A stretch of DNA of 63,509 nucleotides, filler included, from Asterionella formosa (GCA_002256025.1; 20 parts of 20 records of this genome joined end to end with filler, not necessarily neighbours in it); one strand, 5' to 3'; numbered from the whole stretch's first letter, positions 37,981 to 50,923 are shown. Made by a program: numbers and translations. The notes: a model not told the origin generated them from the sequence alone.

Positions 37981-38117
37981 AGATTTCTGAGGAAATGTTA
38001 AGTGGAAACTCGAAGAGAGTCTTAGAATGACTTTGCAGAAGCAAAGATGCATGGAAAGGAAACATTTAGTTTAGCTTATAATTTAATTTGAGATTTAGAT
38101 TATCAACCGAGGAAACA
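37864..38117 (+). mobile_element. PPT plus partial 3' LTR
   Basis: GGGGAGGA then TGTCAAGAAT at 37872. Confidence 0.65.
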
Positions 38118-38217
38118 NNNNNNNNNNNNNNNNNNNNNNNNNNNNNNNNNNNNNNNNNNNNTTAATTAATTAANNNNNNNNNNNNNNNNNNNNNNNNNNN
38201 NNNNNNNNNNNNNNNNN

Positions 38218-39214
38218 CACACATGTCGATGATTGTGCAATTGCTGGAAAGCCAAATGATATTAAATGGTTCAAAAATGAAATCAAGAAACACTTCACAA
38301 TTAAGGAGCTTGGCCCTTTGAAGAAGCATTTGGGAGTGTGGTACAATTGGGGCCAAGATAAAGTGGGACGCTACTTGGAGTCGAGCATGGAGGATTTTGT
38401 GCATGTTATGCTCCAAGATTATCATGATATTTTTGGAAAGTATGCAAGAGATGCATCAACCCCAGCATTTCCAGGAATTGTTCTCAGAACGAATCCAGAC
38501 AAAGTGATTCTCCATAAAGAATATTGTTCAATGGTTGGAAAATTGTTGTATTTTGTGAAGAAAGTTGGACCAATATGCGCAAATGCATGTCGTGAACTTT
38601 CTCAACATTTAGAGAATCCAGGTGATGCCCATTGTAGTGCTGTTGAACCTTTGTTAGGTTTCATTGCAACTGATGAAAGTAACAGAAAATTAAAAATGAG
38701 ACCACCACATGAACTGCGAGTTCAAGACGTGGTAGACAGCTCATTTGGGGACAATCCAGATACAAGGAAATCAACAAGTGCATATTTGGGTACGATTGGT
38801 GGTGCATCGCTAGTGAATTGGATTTCGAAAGGACAGAAGATTGTTACTGTTTCCAGCACTGAAGCAGAGTATGTGGCTCTATCAGATGGATCAAAGGAAA
38901 CTACTTTTATAATGAATCTACTCAATGAAGTTGAATACGTGGAAATGCCCAGTATCATTGCAGAAGACAATACAGGAGCAATTTTTCTATCAAAGAATCA
39001 GCAGGTTGGTTCACGAACTAAGCACATTGATGTGAGATATCATTTCATTCGAGAAAAGGTGAAGGCTGGGGATATTAGAGTTGACTATGTGAATACTTTA
39101 AAGAATCCTGCAGACCTACTTTCAAAGAAAGTCACTCAGAAAATTCATGACACTCATGCAACTCACATTATGAATGGGACCATGGATTGTTGGTTTCGAG
39201 ATCAGGGAGGGTGA
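38218..39214 (+). mobile_element. Ty1/Copia RT-RNase H, 5'-partial
   Basis: HVDD near the contig edge, TRKSTS, VSSTEAEY, TKHIDVRYHFIRE, NPADLLSK. Confidence 0.93.
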
Positions 39215-39597
39215 TAAAATATATGGAATCCAACGAATCGAGAATCAATATTCTTAGTAGTGATTAGAAACCAAGACCCAAAACATGCGACATTTATTGA
39301 CAAATCACTGGAGATGTTTACTTATTGACAAGTGAATCAGATGCTCACTTATTGTCAAAAGAATAAGTGCTGCTCACTTATTGTCAAATGAATATGCTTA
39401 CTTATTGTCAAAGTAAGCAAGATCATTTTGACGAGATAAAGGAAAGTGTGAGAAGTCTTGTTTGGGATTACATGAGTAATCAGGCAAGAACAAGACCTAG
39501 ATAGACTATTAACAGTAAGCTCACAATATTACAAAGTGTAAAGTGAAAATACGTTTTCAGCTTTAGAGATCTTAAAAGTAAGATCTGTGATATTTCA
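39212..39597 (+). mobile_element. 3' LTR with internal ~29-bp tandem repeats
   Basis: PPT AGGGAGGG then TGATAAAA..TATTTCA. About five TTATTG(A/T)CAA units at 39290-39415. Confidence 0.6.
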
Positions 39598-40120
39598 ACT
39601 AGACAATTTAACACGATCGAAGGTCGATTGGAAGTTGAAAAGGCGAAGAAGGAAGGCGAGAAGCGATCGTAGATGACCATCCAAGGAGTGGGACTGAGAA
39701 TATTCGTACTGCGGTCAGACTGTTTGGTATCTACCGTACAACCGGTACCAGGTACCGGTAACAGGTACTATGCGGTGTCACTGAGTGTTGTGTTTTTGTC
39801 GCTCAGCATGCCATTATATGTCAGGAATACCCGGTATTCCACGTACTGGTACTATTAGCTGTAGTTGTGATATACCGTACACTGAGGCTATCTACGTTAT
39901 ATGTTGTTAGTATAACAAGTCATGGTTAAGTGTATGTTGAGGCATTTTGGTAGATGCAATCTAGATTTTGTTTTGTATGACGATTAATCAATTGAATGAA
40001 CCCATGTACCCTGTTGAACACCATGTATAGATAACAAAAGAACAACACACTTTATGGTGCTGGCTATAAAGTAAAATGCATGGCAACATATTGGTCAGCA
40101 CCATCTGCCCCACAACCTTG

Positions 40121-41296
40121 TCAACCCCCACCACCACATCCACCACCACCGCATCCACCCCCACCCCCACATCCACCGCCACTTCCCCCTCCACCACCAC
40201 CACCACCACATGCTGATGCTCCTCCAACATCTGCAGAGCAGGCCACAGCTCCACCACAAGCACCGCCACAAGAATCCCATACAATTGGCGGGTATAACCA
40301 TAACCCTGTGGAATCGGTGTATGTGTTTGGATCACGTCCCGCTACTCCTCGTGGACTGGCAGATTTGGACCGAGCGGAAACCTCATTATAGATTTCCAAG
40401 TGGCGTTGCAATTCAGCTCGCCTCTCTTTCACTACTTCCGCCCTATTTTCGCCACAGCAACTTTCTTCCATGGCAATATTGGATTTCAACTTGCGAATCC
40501 TGAACTGAAGTCTTGAAAGCATTATTGTGTGGGCTTCCTTTGTCTCAAGATGGAAGTAACCAACTTTGTTTTTGACCTTTCCAAGTACATAGTTGTCTTT
40601 GTGTTCTTCCTTTTTTAGCAATGTACGTCGCCCTGTCTTTACCTTTGGATCGATGAAGGCAGGAGATCCATCTGAGGTCTTACCAGAGACAGTCGCCCAT
40701 TTGGAAGGTGGCGAAATACTGTTTGGTGATGTCGACGAAGCGCCCATTTCACGGGCCACAACCATTGTAGGTGCTCCTGTAGGCTGCCACTCTGCACAGT
40801 AATAGGAGGCCGGAGGTTCTCCTCGATACATGCCACCATCCACCACATATTCAGTACCAAACTTATCATGCCACATTTGCTTTGTCGATTGATATGAGCG
40901 ATCCAAAATGCCACCTTCGGCGCGATCATCCAAAGAATCATCATGGTGCAAAGTAGATCCCATGATGGTCTTGCAGTCAGAGTTGTAGCCAGCAATTGAC
41001 GAGAGCATGTGTGTGTGCCACATCATATCGATTTGACTACAATAAGCAATGAGGAAAGTAAGAATGTCAAAAGGTTAGAATGAATGATGAGGTAAGAGAC
41101 ATAAATGGAATGCAGTTTCCAGCAAGTGACGTACTATGTTGGTACAATTATTTTCCCTTGTTCTTGCGCTCTTGGCTTCAAGAGGAGAAATTTCCAGTAG
41201 TTTATGACCCCCTGCTCCAAAAACTCAATATCTTCGAATGAAGATGTCGAGACTTGCCAAAGAAAGCCTGCTTGGCGCTTGGAGGATCCTGATAAA
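40121..41296 (-). CDS. Glycine-rich domain-containing protein (GRDP/DUF1399-like), 5'-partial, intron 41037-41134
   Basis: Spliced RQAGFLWQVS..YWKFLLL..IVPTY|QIDMMWHTHM..HDDS..W..KFG, with a C-terminal CGG/Gly-rich tail. Confidence 0.85.
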
Positions 41297-41396
41297 NNNN
41301 NNNNNNNNNNNNNNNNNNNNNNNNNNNNNNNNNNNNNNNNTTAATTAATTAANNNNNNNNNNNNNNNNNNNNNNNNNNNNNNNNNNNNNNNNNNNN

Positions 41397-41912
41397 CCTT
41401 TCCTTCTATTTCTATATTGTACTTGCTCGACTTATTGCTGTAGACTATTTGTAGCTGCTCCGAAACGGAGAAGGCCATTGCGGCACATCTCAATTTTGAC
41501 TCACTACGGCGACATGCAAGGTTAAAATATGCAACAGCTGTTTCTGAACGAAATAACGGATTCAATTCCTTATTGTCAGCTACTCAGCATCCTTTCCTTC
41601 TTTTTCTATATTGTACTTGCTAGAGTTATCGCTGTAGACTATTTGTAGCTGCTCCGAAACGGAGAAGGCCATTGCGGCACATCTCAATTTTGACTCACTA
41701 CGGCGACATCCAAGGTTGAAATATGCAACAGCTGTTTCTTAACGAAATAACGGATTCAATTCCTTATTGTGAGCTACTCAGCATCCTTTCCTTCTTTTTC
41801 TATATTGTACTTGCTCGACTTATTGCTGCAGACTATTTGTAGCTGCTCCGAAACGGAGAAGGCCATTGCGGCGCATCTCAATTTTGACTCACTAGCTACG
41901 GCGACATGCAAT
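41397..41912. repeat. 194-bp tandem repeat (~2.7 copies, runs off the contig start)
   Basis: Units start at 41397, 41591 and 41785 (CCTTTCCTTC..TACTCAGCAT). Confidence 0.9.
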
Positions 41913-42456
41913 GCTAAACGATGCTCAACGAGGACCAACAGTGCTTTATTTCCAATCTGGCAGGCTATTGTAATCTCTACAATCAACAATGACTTAATTA
42001 TGTGTCTACAACATCAACTACTACTACTACGTGTGCTGAATTCTACAGTGTGAATCTTCCTCTTGCATGTGTTTTTCTTTGCCAGTTCAGATCAAAGTGA
42101 TATGTCGGAGCGGAAAAAATAATAAGTGTATCGGAATTGGCGACTCTTTCGTTCATTATATGGTGAAAGCAGCATAATATTGCGGCAGAGCAGCATAATT
42201 TCGCTTTTAAACTGTTGCGATGGCTAGTTGGTCAACATATATTGTCACGAACACACATAATTATTGGTGTGATCACATAATTATTCGATAAGTGAAATAA
42301 ATTTTTGTTTAACCCGAATAAATTAGGGAAAAAGTAGCATAATATTTCAAAAAAGTAACATAATATTTTAGAAAAGTAACATAATATTTTAAAAAAGTAG
42401 CATAAATACGTCACTTTACACATAAATTCGAAAAAGTGCCGTAAACGGCGTCTTAG

Positions 42457-44473
42457 ATGTTCCGCCTCCATAATAGTTTTTCCATTATTGGCTCCTAATG
42501 TTTTTCCTGGTGCTCCTGGTGTCGCATAAGACTTTATCTTCTTCCCAGTAAGCATTTCATATTCCAGTAGCATTTCAGTACGAAATTTCTTCAGCTGTAC
42601 TTCCCAGTATTCTCCAAATTTGTCATACTTGCGCAAATATTCCACACCTAAGTGTTTTCGTAGGGGACCTTGTTCCGTGATATTAAAATCCTCCTTGATC
42701 ATATTTTTCATGTAGTCCACTGCATTCCTGGTACCACAAATAATTCCATCATCCACATAGTTTGCCAACAGCCCTTCAATTTGTCCATTGTTGTTACGGT
42801 AGATAAACAACATTGGGTCTATTTCGCTTTTCGTTATACCTTTCTTGCTGGTGACGCATTTCGCAAATGTCTTGGACCAGCATCTTGGAGCTTGTACAAT
42901 TCCATACATAGCCTTAATTAATTTGCAGATATGTATATTCTGATCAATCCCTGTCAATCCTTCTGGGGGCTCAATATAAATGTCTTCGTCGACGTCAGCA
43001 TTTAAAAACGCTGCTTCAACATCGATTGCTTCCGCTATCCAACCATAGTACAAAGTAACAGCCAGAACAGTTTTTATTGTAGCATCACTTGCAACAGGAG
43101 CGAATGTTTCAGTAAAATCAACTCCCGGGATCTGTTCATATCCCTTTACAACCAACCGTGCCTTGTATACTGTCTTTCCAGTTATCACGTCCTCCTTAAT
43201 ACGGAAGACCCATCTTGTCTTAAGAGCTCTCTTGTTCACGTCATTTCTCTTAACTATTTTCCACACTCCTCTTGCTTTGAAGTTTTCAAATTCTTTCTTT
43301 ATAGCTTTCATCCACTCTTTGCGATCAGGTCTTACCATTGCCTCATCATAACTATTTGGTAAACCTGGGTCCGATGCAAGACTTGCATTGAATACGAAAT
43401 TTACTTCAGTTTCCTTATTCAAAGAAGATTCCTCCTCAATCACATTTGGTAGTGAAGTGTCTGGAGGGAATTTAACATTTTTAGTTGGATTGTATGATGA
43501 GTCCAACTTCTTCATTTCTCGTTCCAACTTTGCCTGTTGCTTCAAAACATTTCTCTTTTCTAGGTCAGAAATTTCATCACTCCTTGAGGTAGATTTTCCT
43601 TTTTCAGTGTCTGCGGTTGATTTATCCTTGTCGTCATCATCTTCCTTGTTGTCTGAACCTTCTGGTAGTAAATCTTCATTGTAGAAATCATCATCTAATC
43701 CATCATTATTGACTTCAGCTTCTGGTTGAACTGTTACTTTCTCTTTAGCATTGTCCTTGTAGATTTTTCCTAGTCCGTTCGTAGGTGCGTTTGTTCCATG
43801 CCACTCACTCCACTTAACATCGCGTGTATTGATTACAGTGTTAGTCTCATGATTATACATACAATATGTATCTTGGGAGTGGTCCTCCGAATAACCCAAA
43901 AAGACACACTTGAAAGAACGTGCGTCTAATTTCTTAATGTTGTGTCTTGCAGTAACCCATCCTACGCGCCCAAATTGCTTGTATAACTTGTAGGGCCTTC
44001 TTGGATTCATTTCGCCGTAGAACATGTCGTCGGGACTTCTTTTAGTTACTGAGTTAACTGTACTATTTGTTAAACGTGTAGCTGTATGTACCGCCTCTGC
44101 CCATAATAGCCCTTGGTACTCATCTGTTAGTTTCGCACTTAGCATCATTGCTAGTGCCCTCTGTCGCACAATGACAAAACCGCGTTCCGCTACACCATTG
44201 TGTTGTGGAGTGTGCGGGGCAGTAAATTCCATTTTTATACCGCGATTTTCACATACCTTTCTCAATTGTTTAGTATTCTCGCCTGCGTCATCGCAACGGA
44301 CATACTTTGTCTTGTGACCGGCTCCGGCTAAACTTGATAGTAAAATTTCAATGACTGTTCCGATATCGCTCTTCTTTTTAATGAAATAGCTCCAGCGCTT
44401 TCTTGTGTAGTCGTCCACTGCCATGACCCAGTACTGATTGCCAACAGCGGATTTCGCGTAGGGTCCGCTGATG
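42457..44473 (-). mobile_element. Ty1/Copia INT-RT, same family as 35039-37980, truncated after RT
   Basis: Protein is collinear with the 35065 ORF. Similarity ends abruptly after TIMEAE at about 42457. Confidence 0.93.
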
Positions 44474-45394
44474 NNNNNNNNNNNNNNNNNNNNNNNNNNN
44501 NNNNNNNNNNNNNNNNNTTAATTAATTAANNNNNNNNNNNNNNNNNNNNNNNNNNNNNNNNNNNNNNNNNNNNACTATATTACGTGATCACCTTCACATA
44601 ATTATTTGAAATACTTCACATAATTATTTGAAATACTTCAATTAATTCTGTAATTCAGTTCACATTGCCTTAAATTTTTGTTCACGTAATTCTATAATAT
44701 AGTTCACGTAATGTATTAAATTTTTTTACGTAATTTAAAAGTACTATCAAATAATGTTGATTACTAATTCAACAACCGGTATTTCACATTATATGGGAAA
44801 CAAATCTCGATATGCAATCAAACAAAGCTGTTCTATCAGAATGGAATCTTCAGTCTTGAGAAGGCAGGCATTATGAGACATCTGTAAGGACATTGCAAGA
44901 CGAGGAGAAGCCATTCATTCAGAAGGGGGAAATTATTCACTCTTGAACAGGCATCATTCTACGTATTTGCAACATGAATGCATCCTCACACACTGATTTC
45001 CTTCTTGTACTTGAAATGACTTCTTCATTGACCTGCAGAGATTTTCATAATAACAGTGTGTCAGTAATGTATATGATAGAACTAGCAACAGCAGAAAGCA
45101 ACACACAGTTCATTCCGGACCTCATTGTCCCTGCCTGTTGTCAACAACAATGCGTGAGCTGACAAGCCATACTAGCATTTAGGTAAACAACAAGAACACA
45201 CTCACCATTCAACTGTATTGCAGAGTTCTTTTATTTGAGTCGAGGATTCAATTGACATTGCAGCAAACCCTTTCAATTCAGGAGCATTCGGATGAAATAC
45301 AGGATTGAGTATTGATGCTTTCTGATTCTGTGTTAATGTCATATGATAACAGGGCTCCGTAAATCATGAGTTGTTTGTGTGCCTTGGCGTGCTG

Positions 45395-45518
45395 TTTGTC
45401 ATGCTGCCAGCTGCTGCTGTATTTATAATGAATTATTGAACAACTGCTGGCACATAAAGATTTGCATAGTCGTTCAATAATTCATTATAAATACAGCAGC
45501 AGCTGGCAGCATGACAAA
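45395..45518. repeat. Perfect 47-bp inverted repeat with a 30-nt loop
   Basis: 45395-45441 is the exact reverse complement of 45472-45518. Confidence 0.92.
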
Positions 45519-45784
45519 TGGATGTCTCCCGCCTATTTGTGACTTCCTGCGCAACAAAACTTGCCACAACGACGAATCAAACGGTTTCTAATATGAGGAG
45601 TGGTTGGAACGAAGAGACTTGTCATAAACATGATACTTCTGTCCGACTCGGTCGATGGAGCAAAAGAAACGACACCAGCGTTCGGTTATTTGCAAATGGC
45701 TGTACTTGATTAAAAACAAATAACCATTTTGTTAGTAACTATTTATGAGTAAATAAAAATTCTTACTTCCATCTTTCCCCATAG

Positions 45785-46003
45785 GAATCAAGCAAAAACG
45801 AAAGTAGTCCTGACGAGGAATACTGTGTCGTCGATCCGGAAAGTGGGGAACTCATTCGTCTCACAGTAGCCGAAAAGGAGCGTATCTTTCTGGACGCGCT
45901 TCAGTCCTACGATGCCACTGGAAGGCAAATACTCAAGTTTGACGAGTTTGACCTATTGAAGGAAGATTTGCAATGGAACGGATCAGAGCATATACATAGC
46001 TAA
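45785..46003 (+). pseudogene. PGRL1: PGRL1 (PGR5-like 1) exon fragment, truncated
   Basis: Hand translation after a polypyrimidine-TAG acceptor: EEYCVVDPESGELIRLTVAEKERIFLDALQSYDATGRQILKFDEFDLLKEDLQWNGSE, then a stop. Confidence 0.75.
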
Positions 46004-46335
46004 AACAAGGAAAGACGACACAACAATGAACGTGATGGCTGGTTGTTGAGGATACCGGTATGTGATATGCATCAATCCATATCACAAATCATATTATAGT
46101 GATGTACATATCAACGCATCCATATACTTAGATCCTATCCACTGTATAATACTATCATATTAACTGTTGACTTTAACTGTATACATTAAAGGACAAACAC
46201 GTATATTAATTAACATACTTTATGTATGATTGCTTGATTTATATTCTGTGATGTATCGATAACACTTGCGTACATATTTTATCGTATTTTATTGTCATTA
46301 TACTATTTTTACATGATCATATTTTGATCAAAATT

Positions 46336-46726
46336 ATATCATATATATTTCATAAAATCATCATAATTTTAGGATCAATGTATCATAGTTCTGTGATGTA
46401 CTTTATTCAATATTACGTATCATACTTTGGTGATGTATGCATCGATGTAACCTTATCATGATATCATATCATATATATTTCATAAAATCATCATAATTTT
46501 AGGATCAATGTATCATAGCTATGTGATGTATTTTATTCAATATTACGTATCATACTTCGGTGATGTTTGCATCGATGTAACCTTATCATGATATCATATC
46601 ATATATATTTCATAAAATCATCATAATTTTAGGATCAATGTATCATAGCTATGTGATGTACTTTATTCAATATTACGTATCATACTTTGGTGATGTTTGC
46701 ATCGATGTAACCTTATCATGATATCA
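46336..46726. repeat. 130-bp AT-rich tandem repeat, 3 copies
   Basis: ATATCATATATATTTCATAAAATC.. starts at 46336, 46466 and 46596. Confidence 0.92.
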
Positions 46727-46981
46727 CAGTATCATCTTGTCAATCATGATGAGATGATTGGGAAGCAACTGTATTATGCATCGTGCCACGGGGTATATTA
46801 TTATATCACGCAATTTAGTAGCGAAGTCACTCCGCCTGTAATGTAAAAAAGTCGACAGTGCACATACTCACACGCTAATCAGGTTTGAGGAAACGGACAG
46901 TGGTTCCAACGAGCGAATAATGCTGATACCACGAGTACCAATTTTTCCAGCGAAAGAACTTGTCTCTCTATTGATGAGGAT

Positions 46982-47035
46982 GACACGGACACGGACACGG
47001 ACACGGACATGGACACGGACATGGACACGGACACC
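46982..47035. repeat. (GGACAC/GGACAT)n hexamer microsatellite
   Basis: About 9 units, within a degenerate duplicated region 46850-47340. Confidence 0.85.
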
Positions 47036-48797
47036 GACTTTTCCAAGAGCAAATAACAATGAAGAAACCCACTTGTCTCTCTATTGATGGTAATAAAGAT
47101 ACTGACAAGTTCAATAGTGAATACAAGAACAACATACCAATGAAAACAAGTCGACAGTGTGTGTACGCACACGCCAAGCAGGTTTGAGGCAACGGACAAT
47201 TCCAACAAGCAAATGACGATACAGATATCAAAGTCTTCCTACGAGCAAACAACAATGAAAAGAGCCTCTTGCTTTCGCTCTCTTGATGGTATCAAAGATG
47301 CGGACAATTCAATAGCTAATTCAAGTACAGTATGCCAAATGCAGAAACGAGCGAGCGATATGAAAATGAAATGCGTTCTAATCAGAATCATTCTATAACT
47401 ATAGCTATGTGGACAGTAGTCTGTTACGCACATTTTCGTATCTCCTTCTATGCTGAATCGAAATAGTAGATTTAGTATCATGTGAGAATTGAATATTTCA
47501 ACGAGAACAAGTAGAATGTGTTTGTTTACGGGTTGATTGGCGAGATTGTCATGCTGAAGTGGACGAAACGGATATACTTTGTGTGCAAAATCGGAAGTTG
47601 GTAGGGTTTATAATGTCATTTATTTCTCCGTTCTGAATGATTGGACCATNNNNNNNNNNNNNNNNNNNNNNNNNNNNNNNNNNNNNNNNNNNNTTAATTA
47701 ATTAANNNNNNNNNNNNNNNNNNNNNNNNNNNNNNNNNNNNNNNNNNNNGAAGAAGCGCTACCATGCAAACATTTTCATGGCAAACCTATAATGTAGCTG
47801 TTAGAGCTGGCCACTCAAACATTTGTGGGAAACTGAATAAAACACATCACTATTATAATTAAAATATGAATATGAATATAGAATAACTATTGTTCCATAT
47901 ACTTTCCACAGTTGTTGCATTACTTGGACTGCACATCTAGATATTTGATGGTTCTGATCATCAAAATGAGCAAACCAACAATTTCTTCCTTCCAATCATT
48001 GCCTTTTTTGCAGTTGCGCACCAATTGAAAGTCCAAGGCAAGTTGCCATTGTTCTACTGAAATGATATCCTACTTTGTATGTTGAGAATAGATGTTTCGA
48101 AAAAAATGGGCAGTCCTCATCCTCATGAATCTGCAATTTGCTTGGATTTCCAAAAGCAAAAATTGAAAGAGCCCAAAAATGGTTTTTCGAAATGTAGTTT
48201 GCAAATTTCAAACTTTCTATTTAAATTTTATGTATGGATCTGTAGCTTTGAGCAAAGCGCAAGCATAATAACTGATGCGTATGTAGAGCATTTGATCTGG
48301 TTGAGAAAATCGTAGGAGTCAAAATTGGCCACCACGCAATTGTTTCTTTGCTTCGATCACTCCTTGCCCCCTAGTGTGGAGTACGGTACCGGGTACCTGG
48401 TACCAACAGGTATGTAGCTAGACTATCAAAACCGTACCTTCGGTTTTTATGAAGGAACCGACCATTTGGGCCGTTGGTTTGTCCAAATTTTGAAATGTAC
48501 GTTTTGAAAGCCTATTAATGTCGAACGAAACTTAGTTTAGACCGGAACCAACGAGAAAAGCTCCATCCTTTTATTTCAAAAGTCAATACCAGTAGGTATT
48601 ACCAACCACTTTACTCATCATACATGATTTGTGGGGTATTTTGTCTGATGTTTCAGCAGAGCATTCATTACCTGGTATAGCAGTAGAGTACTGGCACCCT
48701 CTGTAGCAGCGTTCATCGCACTGATACAAATCTGCGCTCCTCTGTTCGATTGTGTTGATCCTGACAGTTGCCATCATTACCAACCCAACAAGACACC

Positions 48798-49715
48798 ATG
48801 ACCGCACCACTGCCCCTCCTTGCAGGAACAGCCCCTGTCCCGAACCTCGTTCTAGACAGCGACATTCGCGATTGGGTCGTCCTTCCATTGCTTGTAATTA
48901 TGATTTCCGCGGGGCTGCTGCGTCACTTTCTGGGCATTGTCCTCAAGGGCGCCCCGAAGAAACTCCCTCGCATCGAACAGCGCACTAAAATGCTGCTTCG
49001 CAAGTCAACCATGCTCAGATCCGGCTCTTCCAACTTTTTGTCGAAACGCAAGTGGGAGGCACGAAGAACGTACATGAGTGACAAGGAAGATGGCTACCTT
49101 CGAGAGGAAGCCGACTGGGCCATTGAAGAAAAGGACCAGGCTCCGCCAGACGCAGCTGCCGACCCCATGAACCCCATGGCCATGATGGATGGGATGAAGG
49201 GGCAGATGGTATTCATGGTTCAGAACATGGTCATGATGAATGGCATTTCGCATTTTTTCAAGGGATTTATTTTGTTAAAAGTACCATTTCCGCTCACCCG
49301 TGGCTTCAAGTTGATGTTTCAGCGTGGATTGGACCTGCAGACACTGGACACGTCCTATGTTTCCTCTGTCAGTTGGTACTTTTTAGTCATGTTTGGATTG
49401 AGATCCTTCTTCCGCATGGCCATTGGTGATGCGACGCAAGAGGAACAAGAAGATTCAGCGCGACAATTTCAGTTGGGTCTGCATATGGCGGCGGGGCCGC
49501 AACAGTATGATCCTCCGAAAGAGTTGAGGGTGGAAGCAGACAATTTAGAAATGATATCCAAAAAAACGAGTGAATTAGATAGTGTGGAAAAGCGATTGTT
49601 GGGAAAGAAATACCCAAAGAAGAAGATGCAAGCGAAGGATGATTTGTATGGATATGGGCTTGCGAGTGCTAACAGTACTACCAGTGCCGGGAAAAGGAGT
49701 AAAAAGAGCAATTAA
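48798..49715 (+). CDS. EMC3: ER membrane protein complex subunit 3
   Basis: LVLDSDIRDWVVLPL, FFKGFILLKVPFPLTRGFKLMFQRGL, YVSSVSWYFLVMFGLR. Confidence 0.95.
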   Translation: MTAPLPLLAGTAPVPNLVLDSDIRDWVVLPLLVIMISAGLLRHFLGIVLKGAPKKLPRIEQRTKMLLRKSTMLRSGSSNFLSKRKWEARRTYMSDKEDGYLREEADWAIEEKDQAPPDAAADPMNPMAMMDGMKGQMVFMVQNMVMMNGISHFFKGFILLKVPFPLTRGFKLMFQRGLDLQTLDTSYVSSVSWYFLVMFGLRSFFRMAIGDATQEEQEDSARQFQLGLHMAAGPQQYDPPKELRVEADNLEMISKKTSELDSVEKRLLGKKYPKKKMQAKDDLYGYGLASANSTTSAGKRSKKSN

Positions 49716-50305
49716 TTAATCAATCAATAATTTTCTCAAGGTTTTCAGATTGCTTACCATCCCAATGTTGATAATGCAAGTAACCATCAAAAAACTCTAT
49801 TGTAATGTACATGTATATGATTCATCCTTTGTATGATGTACATTATTGCTGATGCTTTTTCATTCAAGGAAAGATAAAATGAAATGTCATACAAAAGGTG
49901 AAAACACAAAACACCATGGCATCATCATCATCATCACCATGATGTCGTCCCGTTGTTTCAATATCATTTGGTTCGTCTATCAGTGTAGACTATACTGGTA
50001 TGTAGGACGCAATCTGGTATATTGTCATTTTGGTGTGGCTGATGGATGTTGCTTCCAAGTTGCTTTCCTCAATCATTTTTTCCATTGTTCATTCAAATCA
50101 TATTTTTTTTGTTGATGGATTATATCAAAATCATAGACTAATACATATTTATGTATCGTTATGTGTATTGCCGATATCCCAATATTATGTATTGTTGGGA
50201 TGGTTGAATACATACACATAAATTTCCAGCCGGGTGTTTTTCTTCAGCATCCACCAGGATTCTCTCTACATCACTACCGGTACTCCTCCTTCCCATTACA
50301 AGGAT

Positions 50306-50823
50306 ATGGCACCCTTTCTTCCTTCGCTACTACTACCAGTGCTATCGTTAATCGCTGCAAGTACTCCTAATAACAAGAACAAGAACATCAAGGGACTACA
50401 AGAATCATTATCCGAAATTTCAGCTGCTGTAGTATCATGCGTTGATGATCCTGACATTGTTCCAGAATTGAGCTTTTCTCAATGGTGCATTGAGCAAGGC
50501 ATTGAAAGTCGAGCTGCTATACAGGATTCTGCATGTGCAATAGTAGGAGGAGGAGGATGCCGAGGATTGATTGCCAAAGAACGAATAGAAGCAGGGGAGA
50601 TTGTGGTCAAGGTTCCATTGTCGGCAACAATACTGCAACTGATTACCACAACTGAAACAACAGCTACAGATAGTTGGGATGACATTGACGATGACTGGGC
50701 TGGACTCTTGGCGGCCAAGTTGTTGAAGGAACAAAAATTGGGACTTGCCTCTAAATATGCTCCTTACCTAAAGGAGGGATTACCGAACGTGGCGCCCTTT
50801 ACTCCATGTAGATGGAGTGAAGA
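50306..50823 (+). CDS. SET-domain (Rubisco LSMT-like) methyltransferase, 3'-partial
   Basis: FSQWCIEQGI..RGLIAKERIEAGEIVVKVP..LAAKLLKE..SKYAPYL..LP. Signal-peptide-like N-terminus. Confidence 0.75.
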
Positions 50824-50923
50824 NNNNNNNNNNNNNNNNNNNNNNNNNNNNNNNNNNNNNNNNNNNNTTAATTAATTAANNNNNNNNNNNNNNNNNNNNN
50901 NNNNNNNNNNNNNNNNNNNNNNN

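Noticed and set aside
40080..40391. Polyproline protein
   Set aside because: Antisense shadow of the Gly-rich GRDP tail.
42232..42456. Novel hydrophobic C-terminal domain on the 730-aa pol ORF
   Set aside because: Read-through into AT-rich 21-bp repeats after a truncation.
35039..44473. Inverted pair of Copia elements around the GRDP gene
   Set aside because: They lie on different contigs, with no evidence of linkage.
41397..46726. CRISPR-like arrays
   Set aside because: Whole units (194 bp, 130 bp) repeat with no unique spacers. No cas genes, and the context is eukaryotic.
46868..47255. CPCPCP / VRVRVR / SVSVSV repeat proteins
   Set aside because: Translations of a hexamer microsatellite.
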